Shown: positions 17,528-28,520 of the stretch, in pieces
Position numbering within the stretch: position 1 is the stretch's first letter
Layout: every line of letters begins with the position of its first letter
Source: Sedimenticolaceae bacterium
GTDB taxonomy: Bacteria > Pseudomonadota > Gammaproteobacteria > Chromatiales > Chromatiaceae
Reading direction: 5' to 3'
NCBI GenBank assembly: GCA_050300835.1
Contig: JBNKYJ010000145.1
Coordinates: 1-60,158, forward strand
DNA length: 60,158 bases
Made by a program: the position numbers and the translations under genes
Notes under the pieces: generated by a model
Database searches by the model: none
Told to the model about the DNA's origin: nothing
What the model saw: only the letters and a program-made list of their open reading frames with translations

Positions 17528-19720
17528 TCAATCCCTCTCCCCACTCAAAAGCCTCCACAATCCTCCGGCAAGCAGCAGAGGCAGCATGAACAGCGCGCCA
17601 CCACCGCCACCTCCGCCAGTCGAGACACTGCCCCCGCTGACGCTGTGACTGACGAACACACTGCCGTGCTCCAGCGGTTCGCCATCCAGGCGCTTGCAGT
17701 CGCTGGCGATGACGGGACTCGCCGCAGTCACCGAGAAGTCGTTATCGGAGAGGGCGAAGAAGACGTTGTTGTCGCAACTGAGCATGACACGGGCGCGGGC
17801 GATCTGCGCTATCGGCAGGGTCACGGAAGCAGAACCGATATTGGATATCCCGCTGGCGCCTGTATCACCGAGTAGCGCATCGTCCGCCACATCACAGTAG
17901 GTGGTACCGTCGGCGCTGATACTCAGCAGACTGACGCTGACTGTGGGGCAATCCGTCTCGGTATTCTTGGGATCCCAGATCAGGGTCTGGGCAGAACCGC
18001 CTGCAAGGTTGCCGGAGCTGTTCAGTACTCCCCCTGTAATCTGAAACGGGCCTAGTGTGGGGTCGACTACAACGTTGACATCATCATCGCCGATCCCTGA
18101 ATTGCCGTCGCGCACCGTCATGCGGAATCGGAGCGTACGGCTGGTGGTCGGCAGCGTCTCGCCGATATCCGTGCCGCCGGAGATCAAGGTGCTCAAACGC
18201 GGAAAGTAGCGGGTGGGGGTGCTCTTGGGGACAAAGCTGCGAAACAGGGGATTGTCACCGTAATCAACGCCGATTGGATGAATACCCGTGTTATCGGTCG
18301 TTGCGGTGATGCCGGCATCCATCTCGTCCCACTGATAGGAGAGGGTGTCGCCATCCGGATCGGCACTGGCGCTCCCCGTCAGCACGAAAGGGGTCTGCTG
18401 GGGTATGGTCACAGCCGAACCGGCCGATATGGTCGACGGCAGCGTGTTGCCGGTGGAGACCAGGGTGCCGCAACTCGAACCCGTGGCGCCGTTGGCAGTG
18501 AAGCTTCTGACCTGCTGGATGCTCGCCGCATGGAAGGTAGCGTCCGAGTTGTTCTGCAGGTCCTCCCCGCCACAGATGCCGGCATAGGCCATGATGGTGG
18601 AACCGCTGCCGGGTTCCACCGCCGTGGCAGCCGAACGATTGCCGCCACCGCAGTTGTCGGTGGTGCCGTTGAAGGAGTGGGTGGCGCTCAGTTGATGACC
18701 GATTTCGTGGGCCACGAAATCGATATCGAAGGGGTCGCCCACATCCGGCGTGGGATGCCCGGTATAGCCCATCGCACGCGATGTTGTGCAGGCGGAGCCG
18801 ACCATCGCCAGACCACCGCCGGAACGTCCGAACAGGTGGCCGATATCGTAGTTGTCCAGGCCCACTTCGTAGTCAAGCAAGTCCTGATTTTCCAGCAACA
18901 ACGTGGCGGGCGAGTTGGGATCCGAGAACGGATCGGTGGTCGGGTTCAGATAGACGATCACGTCAGTGATCTGCAGTTGTACCGCCAGGTCACGGCCGTA
19001 GATCTGGTTGACGCGATTGATGGTGGTGATCATGGTATTGACGGCTTGGGTCTGGGTACCGAAATAGCTGCCGTACTCCCCGGTAGTCACCAGTGCCAAG
19101 CGATAGACACGTCGGGAATTGGTGAAGAGTGATCGCTGGGCCAGCGGCTGGTCGGGTGACTCCAGGAAGGCCGCATCCCCCAGCTCGTCCAGATGACAGA
19201 CATGCTGAACCGATACATCGGTCGCGGCAGCCGCATAGTCATGTTTGTAGTAGCTTCGGTAGCTGCCTGACGCATCGGGATCGATGAACACCGTCCCCGA
19301 GGGAGTCGTCAGCATGGCGTGGAAACCTTCAGGTGTCATGTCCAGGCGACCACTCAGCGCGGGGTTGTCGACCCCCTGGACACTGTAGGTGGCCACTTCC
19401 GGATGGCGGGTTGCCAGTGCCGGTGACAGGATCGGCGACTCCACGACCTCGACCAGCTGGATCTCACCACCGGGCATGGGCAACTCGAGGTGAGCACCTT
19501 GCGAAGCGCTGTGTTCGAGTGGCGCCGTCGACAACGCCTGCCGCAGCATCGGCTCGTCCGCACGCAGCGCCCGGTAGTAGGGCGCCTGGTTCGCCAGCCC
19601 CCGGGACGCTGCCGCCGTCGCCTCGCTCAGATCCTGCCAGATCTGCGCCGAGGCGAATCCGGGCCCGGCCGTCAGTACCAACAGACAGAAGCCCCGTAGA
19701 CATCTCTTCACTGCAAACAT
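17528..19720 (-). CDS. Secreted M12B/reprolysin-like zinc metallopeptidase with GlyGly-CTERM tail
   Basis: Signal peptide, HEIGHQLSATH zinc motif, EPGSGSTIMAYAG Met-turn, C-terminal GGGGGGG-ALFMLPLLLAGGLW-RLL. Confidence 0.88.
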   Translation of the reverse strand: MFAVKRCLRGFCLLVLTAGPGFASAQIWQDLSEATAAASRGLANQAPYYRALRADEPMLRQALSTAPLEHSASQGAHLELPMPGGEIQLVEVVESPILSPALATRHPEVATYSVQGVDNPALSGRLDMTPEGFHAMLTTPSGTVFIDPDASGSYRSYYKHDYAAAATDVSVQHVCHLDELGDAAFLESPDQPLAQRSLFTNSRRVYRLALVTTGEYGSYFGTQTQAVNTMITTINRVNQIYGRDLAVQLQITDVIVYLNPTTDPFSDPNSPATLLLENQDLLDYEVGLDNYDIGHLFGRSGGGLAMVGSACTTSRAMGYTGHPTPDVGDPFDIDFVAHEIGHQLSATHSFNGTTDNCGGGNRSAATAVEPGSGSTIMAYAGICGGEDLQNNSDATFHAASIQQVRSFTANGATGSSCGTLVSTGNTLPSTISAGSAVTIPQQTPFVLTGSASADPDGDTLSYQWDEMDAGITATTDNTGIHPIGVDYGDNPLFRSFVPKSTPTRYFPRLSTLISGGTDIGETLPTTSRTLRFRMTVRDGNSGIGDDDVNVVVDPTLGPFQITGGVLNSSGNLAGGSAQTLIWDPKNTETDCPTVSVSLLSISADGTTYCDVADDALLGDTGASGISNIGSASVTLPIAQIARARVMLSCDNNVFFALSDNDFSVTAASPVIASDCKRLDGEPLEHGSVFVSHSVSGGSVSTGGGGGGGALFMLPLLLAGGLWRLLSGERD

Positions 19721-19777
19721 CAAAACCTACCCCTATCCGTTGCTAACGGCTTGATTGAGAATCCTTTCCTCTGCCAA

Positions 19778-21211
<1,434 letters not shown>

Positions 21212-21223
21212 GTCTGTTCTCTT

Positions 21224-21347
21224 AATTTTGAATTGTGAATTATGAGTTTTGAATTGAGGCGTGCGCTTCGCGCACAGCTTTTGAATCGATAAACACGCGC
21301 GAAGCGAGCACCTTCAATTCAAAACTCATAATTCAAAACTCAAAATT
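21224..21347. repeat. Palindromic heptamer-repeat element, copy 1 (124 bp)
   Basis: Left arm AATTTTG AATTGTG AATTATG AGTTTTG AATTGAG..GCGCTTCGCGC; right arm is its near-exact reverse complement. Confidence 0.9.
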
Positions 21348-21349
21348 CT

Positions 21350-22804
21350 CTAAGCAAACCCTTCCGGCATCTGCCGATGCCAATCCGTCTCCTGCTGGAA
21401 ACGATGCGCCACGTTCAACAGCTTCGTCTCGGCGAAATAGTTGCCGATGATCTGCAGACCCACCGGCAGACCGTTGACCGGCGCCACCGGCAGCGACATA
21501 CCCGGCAGACCCGCCAGGTTGGTGGCGATGGTATAGATGTCGTTGAGGTACATGGTGACCGGGTCGTCCACCTTCTCGCCCAGGCCGAAGGCGGTGGTCG
21601 GCGAGGTGGGGCCCATGATGACGTCGACCTGCTCGAAGGCCTGATGAAAATCGTCCGAGATCAGGTGCCGGGTCTTCTGCGCCTTCAGATAGTAGGCATC
21701 GTAGTAGCCGGCCGAGAGGGCGTAGGTGCCGATCATGATGCGCCGTTTCACCTCCGCCCCGAAACCCTCTCCCCGGGAACGTTTGTAGAGGTCCTCGAGA
21801 TCCTTCGGTGCCTCACAGCGGTAACCGAAGCGAACGCCGTCGAAACGGGAGAGATTGGAGGAGCACTCCGCGGGAGCCACCACGTAATAGGTCGGCACCG
21901 CCAGCGCGGTGTTCGGCAGACTGATCTCGACCACCTGGGCACCGAGAGACTTGTAGACTTCGATCGCCTCCTCGATGGCGCCCGCAACGGCGGCATCGAG
22001 ACCCTCACCGAAGTACTCCTTAGGCAAGCCGATGCGCAGCCCCTCCAGCGAGTCATCGAGGCTCTCGCTGTAGTCGGGTACCGGCTCGTCGGCGCAGGTG
22101 GAGTCGCGCTCGTCGAAACCGGCCATCTGTTGCAGCATCAGGGCGGCATCCTCGGCACTGCGGGTCATGGGACCGGCCTGGTCCAGGCTGGAGGCGAAAG
22201 CAATCATGCCGAAGCGGGAGACCCGGCCGTAGGTCGGTTTGAGACCGGTGATACCACAGAGCGCCGCCGGCTGCCGAATCGAGCCTCCGGTATCGGTGCC
22301 GGTGGCTGCCGCGGCCAGACGGGCGGCCACCGCCGCCGCCGAGCCCCCGGAAGAGCCGCCAGGCACCCGATCGGTGTCCCAGGGGTTGCGCACCGGACCG
22401 TAGTAGCTGGTCTCGTTGGAGGAACCCATGGCGAACTCGTCCATGTTGACCTTGCCCAGACTGACCACGCCGGCATCCAGCAGGCATCGGGTCACCGTGG
22501 CGTCATAGGGCGAGACGAAGTTGTCCAGCATGCGGGAGCCGCAGCTGGTACGCACGCCGCGGGTGCAAAAGATGTCTTTCTGTACGATCGGGATACCGGT
22601 CAGCGGCGTGTCGTCACCGGTCTTCAGCGCCTGGTCGGCCGCTTCGGCGGCGGCCAGGGCCGACTCAGAAGTCACTGTGATGAAGCTGTTGAGCCGGGTA
22701 TCCAGCCGTTCGATGCGATCGAGGAAATGGCGGGTCAGTTCGACACTGGAAAACTCACCGGCACGCAGGCCGGCACCCAGTTCTGCGATGGATTTCGTGT
22801 GCAT
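21350..22804 (-). CDS. gatA: Asp/Glu-tRNA amidotransferase subunit A
   Basis: Amidase signature [31 protein letters not shown]. Confidence 0.97.
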   Translation of the reverse strand: MHTKSIAELGAGLRAGEFSSVELTRHFLDRIERLDTRLNSFITVTSESALAAAEAADQALKTGDDTPLTGIPIVQKDIFCTRGVRTSCGSRMLDNFVSPYDATVTRCLLDAGVVSLGKVNMDEFAMGSSNETSYYGPVRNPWDTDRVPGGSSGGSAAAVAARLAAAATGTDTGGSIRQPAALCGITGLKPTYGRVSRFGMIAFASSLDQAGPMTRSAEDAALMLQQMAGFDERDSTCADEPVPDYSESLDDSLEGLRIGLPKEYFGEGLDAAVAGAIEEAIEVYKSLGAQVVEISLPNTALAVPTYYVVAPAECSSNLSRFDGVRFGYRCEAPKDLEDLYKRSRGEGFGAEVKRRIMIGTYALSAGYYDAYYLKAQKTRHLISDDFHQAFEQVDVIMGPTSPTTAFGLGEKVDDPVTMYLNDIYTIATNLAGLPGMSLPVAPVNGLPVGLQIIGNYFAETKLLNVAHRFQQETDWHRQMPEGFA

Positions 22805-22840
22805 GGATGAATCTTGCCTAATGCGACGACGGAGAGACCG

Positions 22841-23128
22841 TCATTCGATCACCTTGGGAACCAGATAGAGTCCGGTTTCGACGCTGGGCGCCACGGCCTG
22901 ATTGTCCGCCCGCCTGTCCGTCTCGGTCACCCGATCCTCACGCAGGCGTTGGGCCATGTGCAGGGGATGGGCCATGGGTTCGACATCGTTGGTGTCGGCC
23001 GACTCCAGCTGCTCCACCAGATTGAGGATATTGGAGAGGTCCTTGGCGTAGTCATCGACCTGAGCGTCATCGATGGCCATGCGGGCCAGATGGGCGATTT
23101 TCTCGACATCGGAACGGTCTAGGGACAT
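22841..23128 (-). CDS. gatC: Asp/Glu-tRNA amidotransferase subunit C
   Basis: MSLDRSDVEKIAHLARM...VEPMAHPL...LREDRV...YLVPKVIE; true start 23128. Confidence 0.95.
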   Translation of the reverse strand: MSLDRSDVEKIAHLARMAIDDAQVDDYAKDLSNILNLVEQLESADTNDVEPMAHPLHMAQRLREDRVTETDRRADNQAVAPSVETGLYLVPKVIE

Positions 23129-23283
23129 CCGTCTGATTCCTGCGATTAAAAACCAGCGAAAGTTACCACACTTCGTCAGTGCGATACATGCCAGCCGGAT
23201 CCGGCTCTGTTTTCGAAACCGTCCTTGATTACATAAAACTCCTGCAGTAATGGTGACCGAAATCAAGAAAGTATTTTGAAAAC

Positions 23284-23316
23284 TTGCCAGATTCTTAAGA
23301 TGGGATAATATTCCCA
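23284..23316 (+). promoter_or_regulatory. Putative sigma70 promoter with overlapping palindromic operator
   Basis: TTGCCA-16 bp-TAATAT; TGGGA-TAATAT-TCCCA inverted repeat at 23301-23316 covers the -10. Confidence 0.5.
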
Positions 23317-23528
23317 GTATTATAATACCCACCAGGGAGGTGGTGTTCTGCCTGACGACTTCATCGCCATCGGGCCAGCACAAGCCTCCATTCCGTTGTA
23401 CCATGCCACCGCAGGGAGTCTCTGTGTTCCCGACAATCCGAACCACCGAGCCAGAATTATCAAGGACAGGAATCAGGCCCAGCCATAAAATCAGCAGCCA
23501 CCACCCGGCGGATTCATGAGTAAAGCCC

Positions 23529-24356
23529 ATGGATGAGATCAAAAAAGCGCTCAATGCCTCGATTCTCAAGCTGTTGAGGCCCTTGGTGAGACTGCTGCTA
23601 CGCAACGGCATCAGTCACGGTGACTTCGCCGATCTGAGTAAATGGGTCTTCATGGATGTGGCCTCCAAGGAGTTCGGGGTACCGGGCCGGAAACAGACGG
23701 TGTCAAGGGTCTCCGTGATCACCGGCCTGACCCGCAAGGAAGTGAGCCGCCTGCAGAAGATCGAGAAACCGGACGATTCCGCCATCTCCCATCAATACAA
23801 CCGCGCCGCCCGGGTCATCGCCGGCTGGATGCGCGACAGGCGTTTTCTCGACGACAAGGGCGATCCGGCCCCGCTCCACTTCGACAAAGGCAAGAACAGC
23901 TTCAGTGAACTGGTGCGTGAACACAGCGGCGACATCCCCCCGCGGGCGATCCTCGACGAACTCATGCGGGTCGGCACCGTAGCCAAGGATGAGGACGGCA
24001 AAATCAATTTGATTACGGATGGTTACGTACCGAGAACTGGCGATGTCGGCAAGCTCCACATCCTGGGAACCGATGTCCAGCTGCTGCTGTCCACCATAGA
24101 CTACAATCTGCAGCAGGGCGGCTTGACGCCGCGCTTTCAACGCAAGGTGTCCTACAACAACCTGCCGGTCGAGGCGCTGGCCGACTTCCGCAGTATCAGC
24201 GCCGAGAAGTCCCAGGCCCTGCTAATGGAGCTCGACCGTATCCTCTCCCAGCAGGACCGTGACATCAATCCGGACGTCAAGGGAACCGGGCGTAAAGAGG
24301 CCGGAATCGGAATCTACTACTTCGAAAGGGACGCGAACGAGGACGACAACCAATGA
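23529..24356 (+). CDS. DUF6502-like protein with N-terminal HTH-like segment
   Basis: LLRPLVRLLLRNGI, SRVSVITGLTRKEVSRL, RVIAGW, SFSELV..SGDIPPRAILDEL.RVG, GIGIYYFE. Confidence 0.75.
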   Translation: MDEIKKALNASILKLLRPLVRLLLRNGISHGDFADLSKWVFMDVASKEFGVPGRKQTVSRVSVITGLTRKEVSRLQKIEKPDDSAISHQYNRAARVIAGWMRDRRFLDDKGDPAPLHFDKGKNSFSELVREHSGDIPPRAILDELMRVGTVAKDEDGKINLITDGYVPRTGDVGKLHILGTDVQLLLSTIDYNLQQGGLTPRFQRKVSYNNLPVEALADFRSISAEKSQALLMELDRILSQQDRDINPDVKGTGRKEAGIGIYYFERDANEDDNQ

Positions 24357-25738
24357 GGCGATGCCTGATCCTAGCACTGCTCATGACCCTGAGCGCACTG
24401 TTGAGCAGCTGCGGGGGAGGCACCACTGTGGCCGAGGGCGGCATCGGCGGCACCGGCATCGCCATGGGTCGGGTGGCGCAGATCGGCTCGGTCTATGTCA
24501 ACGGCTATGAGTACAACACCGACGCCGCCCGCTTTATCGTCAATGGAGACGCCGGCAAGACCCTGAATGATATCCATGTCGGCATGGTGGTCCGGGTGAC
24601 CGGCAGCAAGGACCCCGTCACGGCCACAGGTACCGCCGAGGTTGTCGAGTACCGCAGTCTCCTGACCGGTCCGGTCGAGTCGGATATCGATCCGGTCAGC
24701 CGGCACAGAACCATCATGGGCCAGCAGGTCCACATCAATCCCGATACCGTATTCGAGAACAGCGTTCCGGGCAGCAGCACCACCCTCGACACGCTGAGCA
24801 TCGCCGACCTGGTCGAGGTCAGCGGCTTCAGTGATGGGGTGAGCGGTGAAATCCTGGCCACACGGATCGAGCTCGTCGGCTCCCTGAGCAGCTACAGGAT
24901 CTACGGTCGGGTCGCCCCCATCAACGCCACCAGCTTCTCCATCGGTGGCCTAACCATAGAGATCAACGGCCAGTCGCTGCCCGGCAGCGGCGCCTTCGTG
25001 GAGGTGACGAGTTCAACCCCACCGGCTGGCGATATACTGACCGCCGAACAGATCTCGGTGGTCAGTCTCGATGGCGCCGTGGCGACAGATGGTGAATCTG
25101 TGGAGGTCGAAGGCATCATCGCCAGCGGCCTCGATGCGGTCACAGACCTGTTCGTGGTCAACGGACAGACCGTCGACGCCTCCCTCACCAGCTACAGCGG
25201 GGACACCGTCTCCTTGGCCCCCGGGCGCATCGTCGAGGTGGAAGGCGTCATGAACGGCTCCGTGCTGCTGGCCGAAACGATCGAACTCGAGGCCTCGGCA
25301 ACGGAGCGGCAGGAGATCTCGGCCCTGATCGAAGCCGGCAGTGTCGATACGGCCGCCGGTACGGTGACGCTCATGGGACAGGTCATCCAGACCAACAACT
25401 CCACCATCTACGAGAACGATATCGACGAGCATGCCAGCTTCACCCTGGCGGATCTGCAAACCGGCGATTACCTGGAGGCAAAGGTCTACTACAACGGCGG
25501 CGTGCTCACCGCCACCAAGCTGGAGCTCGAAGATCTCAGCGCAAGCTACAACGCCGTTCTGGAAGGCACCCCGAGCGCTATCGATGCGAGCCACATCGAG
25601 ATACTCAATGTGACGATCGACATCAGCGGCCTGACTGGATATACCTTCGACGCAACGCAACGCATCGAGGTGCGTGGCGACTACAATCCTGGCACACAAA
25701 CGCTCGAGGCCAACGAATGGTCGATCGCACACGATTGA
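24353..25738 (+). CDS. DUF5666-like repeat lipoprotein
   Basis: Lipobox LSSC-GGG, EGGIGGTG, repeated beta-rich units ending V(E/R)VxG...A..IE; start overlaps the previous stop. Confidence 0.75.
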   Translation: MRRCLILALLMTLSALLSSCGGGTTVAEGGIGGTGIAMGRVAQIGSVYVNGYEYNTDAARFIVNGDAGKTLNDIHVGMVVRVTGSKDPVTATGTAEVVEYRSLLTGPVESDIDPVSRHRTIMGQQVHINPDTVFENSVPGSSTTLDTLSIADLVEVSGFSDGVSGEILATRIELVGSLSSYRIYGRVAPINATSFSIGGLTIEINGQSLPGSGAFVEVTSSTPPAGDILTAEQISVVSLDGAVATDGESVEVEGIIASGLDAVTDLFVVNGQTVDASLTSYSGDTVSLAPGRIVEVEGVMNGSVLLAETIELEASATERQEISALIEAGSVDTAAGTVTLMGQVIQTNNSTIYENDIDEHASFTLADLQTGDYLEAKVYYNGGVLTATKLELEDLSASYNAVLEGTPSAIDASHIEILNVTIDISGLTGYTFDATQRIEVRGDYNPGTQTLEANEWSIAHD

Positions 25739-25996
25739 ACTGCCCAGCCTTTGATACGTGCACGCGGGTTCAAGGCAGGCTGAATACCGGGTAACGGATC
25801 GATTCCGAAATCGATCACAATCAGGCGAGATAATGGCAATTCCAAATCCCCTTTCTTGCCCAACTCCTGTACCATTGCTAGATTAACTTCTTTTTACCGG
25901 CGCACCTCGGAGACAGCGCGCAGAATCCCGTCGACAAGGCGGCTCGCGAGCGTCTCCCGGTCAGCCCCCTGATACACCGACAAGACGAAGACTTAA

Positions 25997-27046
<1,050 letters not shown>

Positions 27047-27129
27047 CAGCCTGCCGGTCCGGACCTGGTGCCCGCCCCCCCTGGCGGGCATTCAGTGTTG
27101 CCATTGACTGAAACAGGAGTGATTCAACC

Positions 27130-28032
27130 ATCAAACTGATCTTCACAGAGGGTCCCTCCATCACCACCCGGCTGGTGGTCGCCGGCCTGCTCTCCATCTC
27201 GCTGATGGTGCTGGACCATCGCTACAACACCCTCGAGTCGCTGCGCTCCGCCCTCTCGGTGGTGCTCTATCCGGTACAGTACCTTGCGAGTCTTCCCGCC
27301 TCCCTCGGCGAGTCGGCCAGCGACGCCTTCACCAGCCGCAGCGAATTGGAAGCGGAGCGGGACCGGTTGCATGACGAAAACCTGGAACTGCGTGGTCGTT
27401 TGCAGAAGTTCGAGGCCCTGGAGGCGGAGAACATGCGTCTGCGGGGACTGCTCGACTCTTCCTTCAAGGTGGGCGACCGGGTGCAGATCGCCGAGTTGAT
27501 CGCAGTAGAGCAGGACCCCTTCCGCCAGGTGGTGCTGATCAACAAAGGCAAGTCATCCGGTCTCTACGAGGGCCAACCGGTGCTGGATGCCAACGCGGTG
27601 GTCGGCCAGGTGACCCATATCAACCCGCTCAGCGCCAGCGTGCTGCTGATCACCGACGCCACCCATGCGCTGCCGGTGCAGGTCCAGCGCAACGGCCTGC
27701 GCACCATCGCCCTGGGCACCGGCCTGATCAATCAGTTGGAACTGCCTCATCTGCCCAACAATGCCGACATCCGGATTGGCGACCTCCTCACCACTTCGGG
27801 TCTCGGCGGACGTTTTCCTCCCGGTTATCCGGTGGCACAGGTGGTGGAGGTACGGCGCGAACCCGGCCGCCCCTTCGCCTCCGTGATCGCCGAAACGTCC
27901 GCCCACCTCGACCGCTTGCGGGAGGTCCTGTTGGTCTGGACCCTGCAGCCGACACCCATGGAACCGGACGCACCCGTCGATGAGCAGCCGGCGGAGTCGC
28001 ACTCCCCAGACGCCGAGGAGCCCAGTGAATGA
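27130..28032 (+). CDS. mreC: Rod shape-determining protein MreC (probable ATC start at 27130; first canonical GTG at 27175)
   Basis: IKLIFTEGPSITTRL N-terminus, ENMRLRGLL, TSGLGGRFPPGYPVA; between mreB and mreD. Confidence 0.92.
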   Translation: MKLIFTEGPSITTRLVVAGLLSISLMVLDHRYNTLESLRSALSVVLYPVQYLASLPASLGESASDAFTSRSELEAERDRLHDENLELRGRLQKFEALEAENMRLRGLLDSSFKVGDRVQIAELIAVEQDPFRQVVLINKGKSSGLYEGQPVLDANAVVGQVTHINPLSASVLLITDATHALPVQVQRNGLRTIALGTGLINQLELPHLPNNADIRIGDLLTTSGLGGRFPPGYPVAQVVEVRREPGRPFASVIAETSAHLDRLREVLLVWTLQPTPMEPDAPVDEQPAESHSPDAEEPSE

Positions 28033-28520
28033 TCGCCGCCGCCCCACCGGGACGTAGTTACGTTATCTACCTGAGCCTGCTGATCGGCTTCCTGCTGACG
28101 ATCATGCCGATGCCGGAGTGGGCACAGAGCTATCGTCCGCAATGGGTGGCACTGATCCTCATCTACTGGTGCATGGCGCTTCCGGAGCGTGTCGGTGTCG
28201 GGGTCGGATTCACCACCGGACTGCTGCTCGATGTCCTGTCGGGGACACTCCTGGGACAACATGCGCTGGGCCTCTCGGTGATCGCCTTCCTGGCCCTCAA
28301 GCTGCATCTCAGGGTACGGGTCATGCCCTTGCGCCAACAGGTCTTCAGCATCTTCATCCTGCTCCTGGTGGAGCGCCTGTTGGCGCTCTGGTCTACCGGC
28401 GCCGCCGGCTATCCCACCCCCTCGCTCTTATACTGGATGACACCGGTCGTCAGTATGCTGCTCTGGCCCTGGACCTACCTCACCCTGCGCAATGTCCGTC
28501 GGCGCTTTCACGTGACCTGA
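28029..28520 (+). CDS. mreD: Rod shape-determining protein MreD
   Basis: RPQWVALILIYW, GLLLDVLSGTLLGQHAL, LWPW. Confidence 0.95.
   Translation: MIAAAPPGRSYVIYLSLLIGFLLTIMPMPEWAQSYRPQWVALILIYWCMALPERVGVGVGFTTGLLLDVLSGTLLGQHALGLSVIAFLALKLHLRVRVMPLRQQVFSIFILLLVERLLALWSTGAAGYPTPSLLYWMTPVVSMLLWPWTYLTLRNVRRRFHVT

Noticed and set aside
22841-23611. Extended ORF calls (256-aa gatC, 746-aa mrdA, 336-aa folA and apaH) suggesting fusions or frameshifts
   Set aside because: The extensions are chance open frames overlapping neighbouring genes; conserved N-termini map to downstream ATGs.
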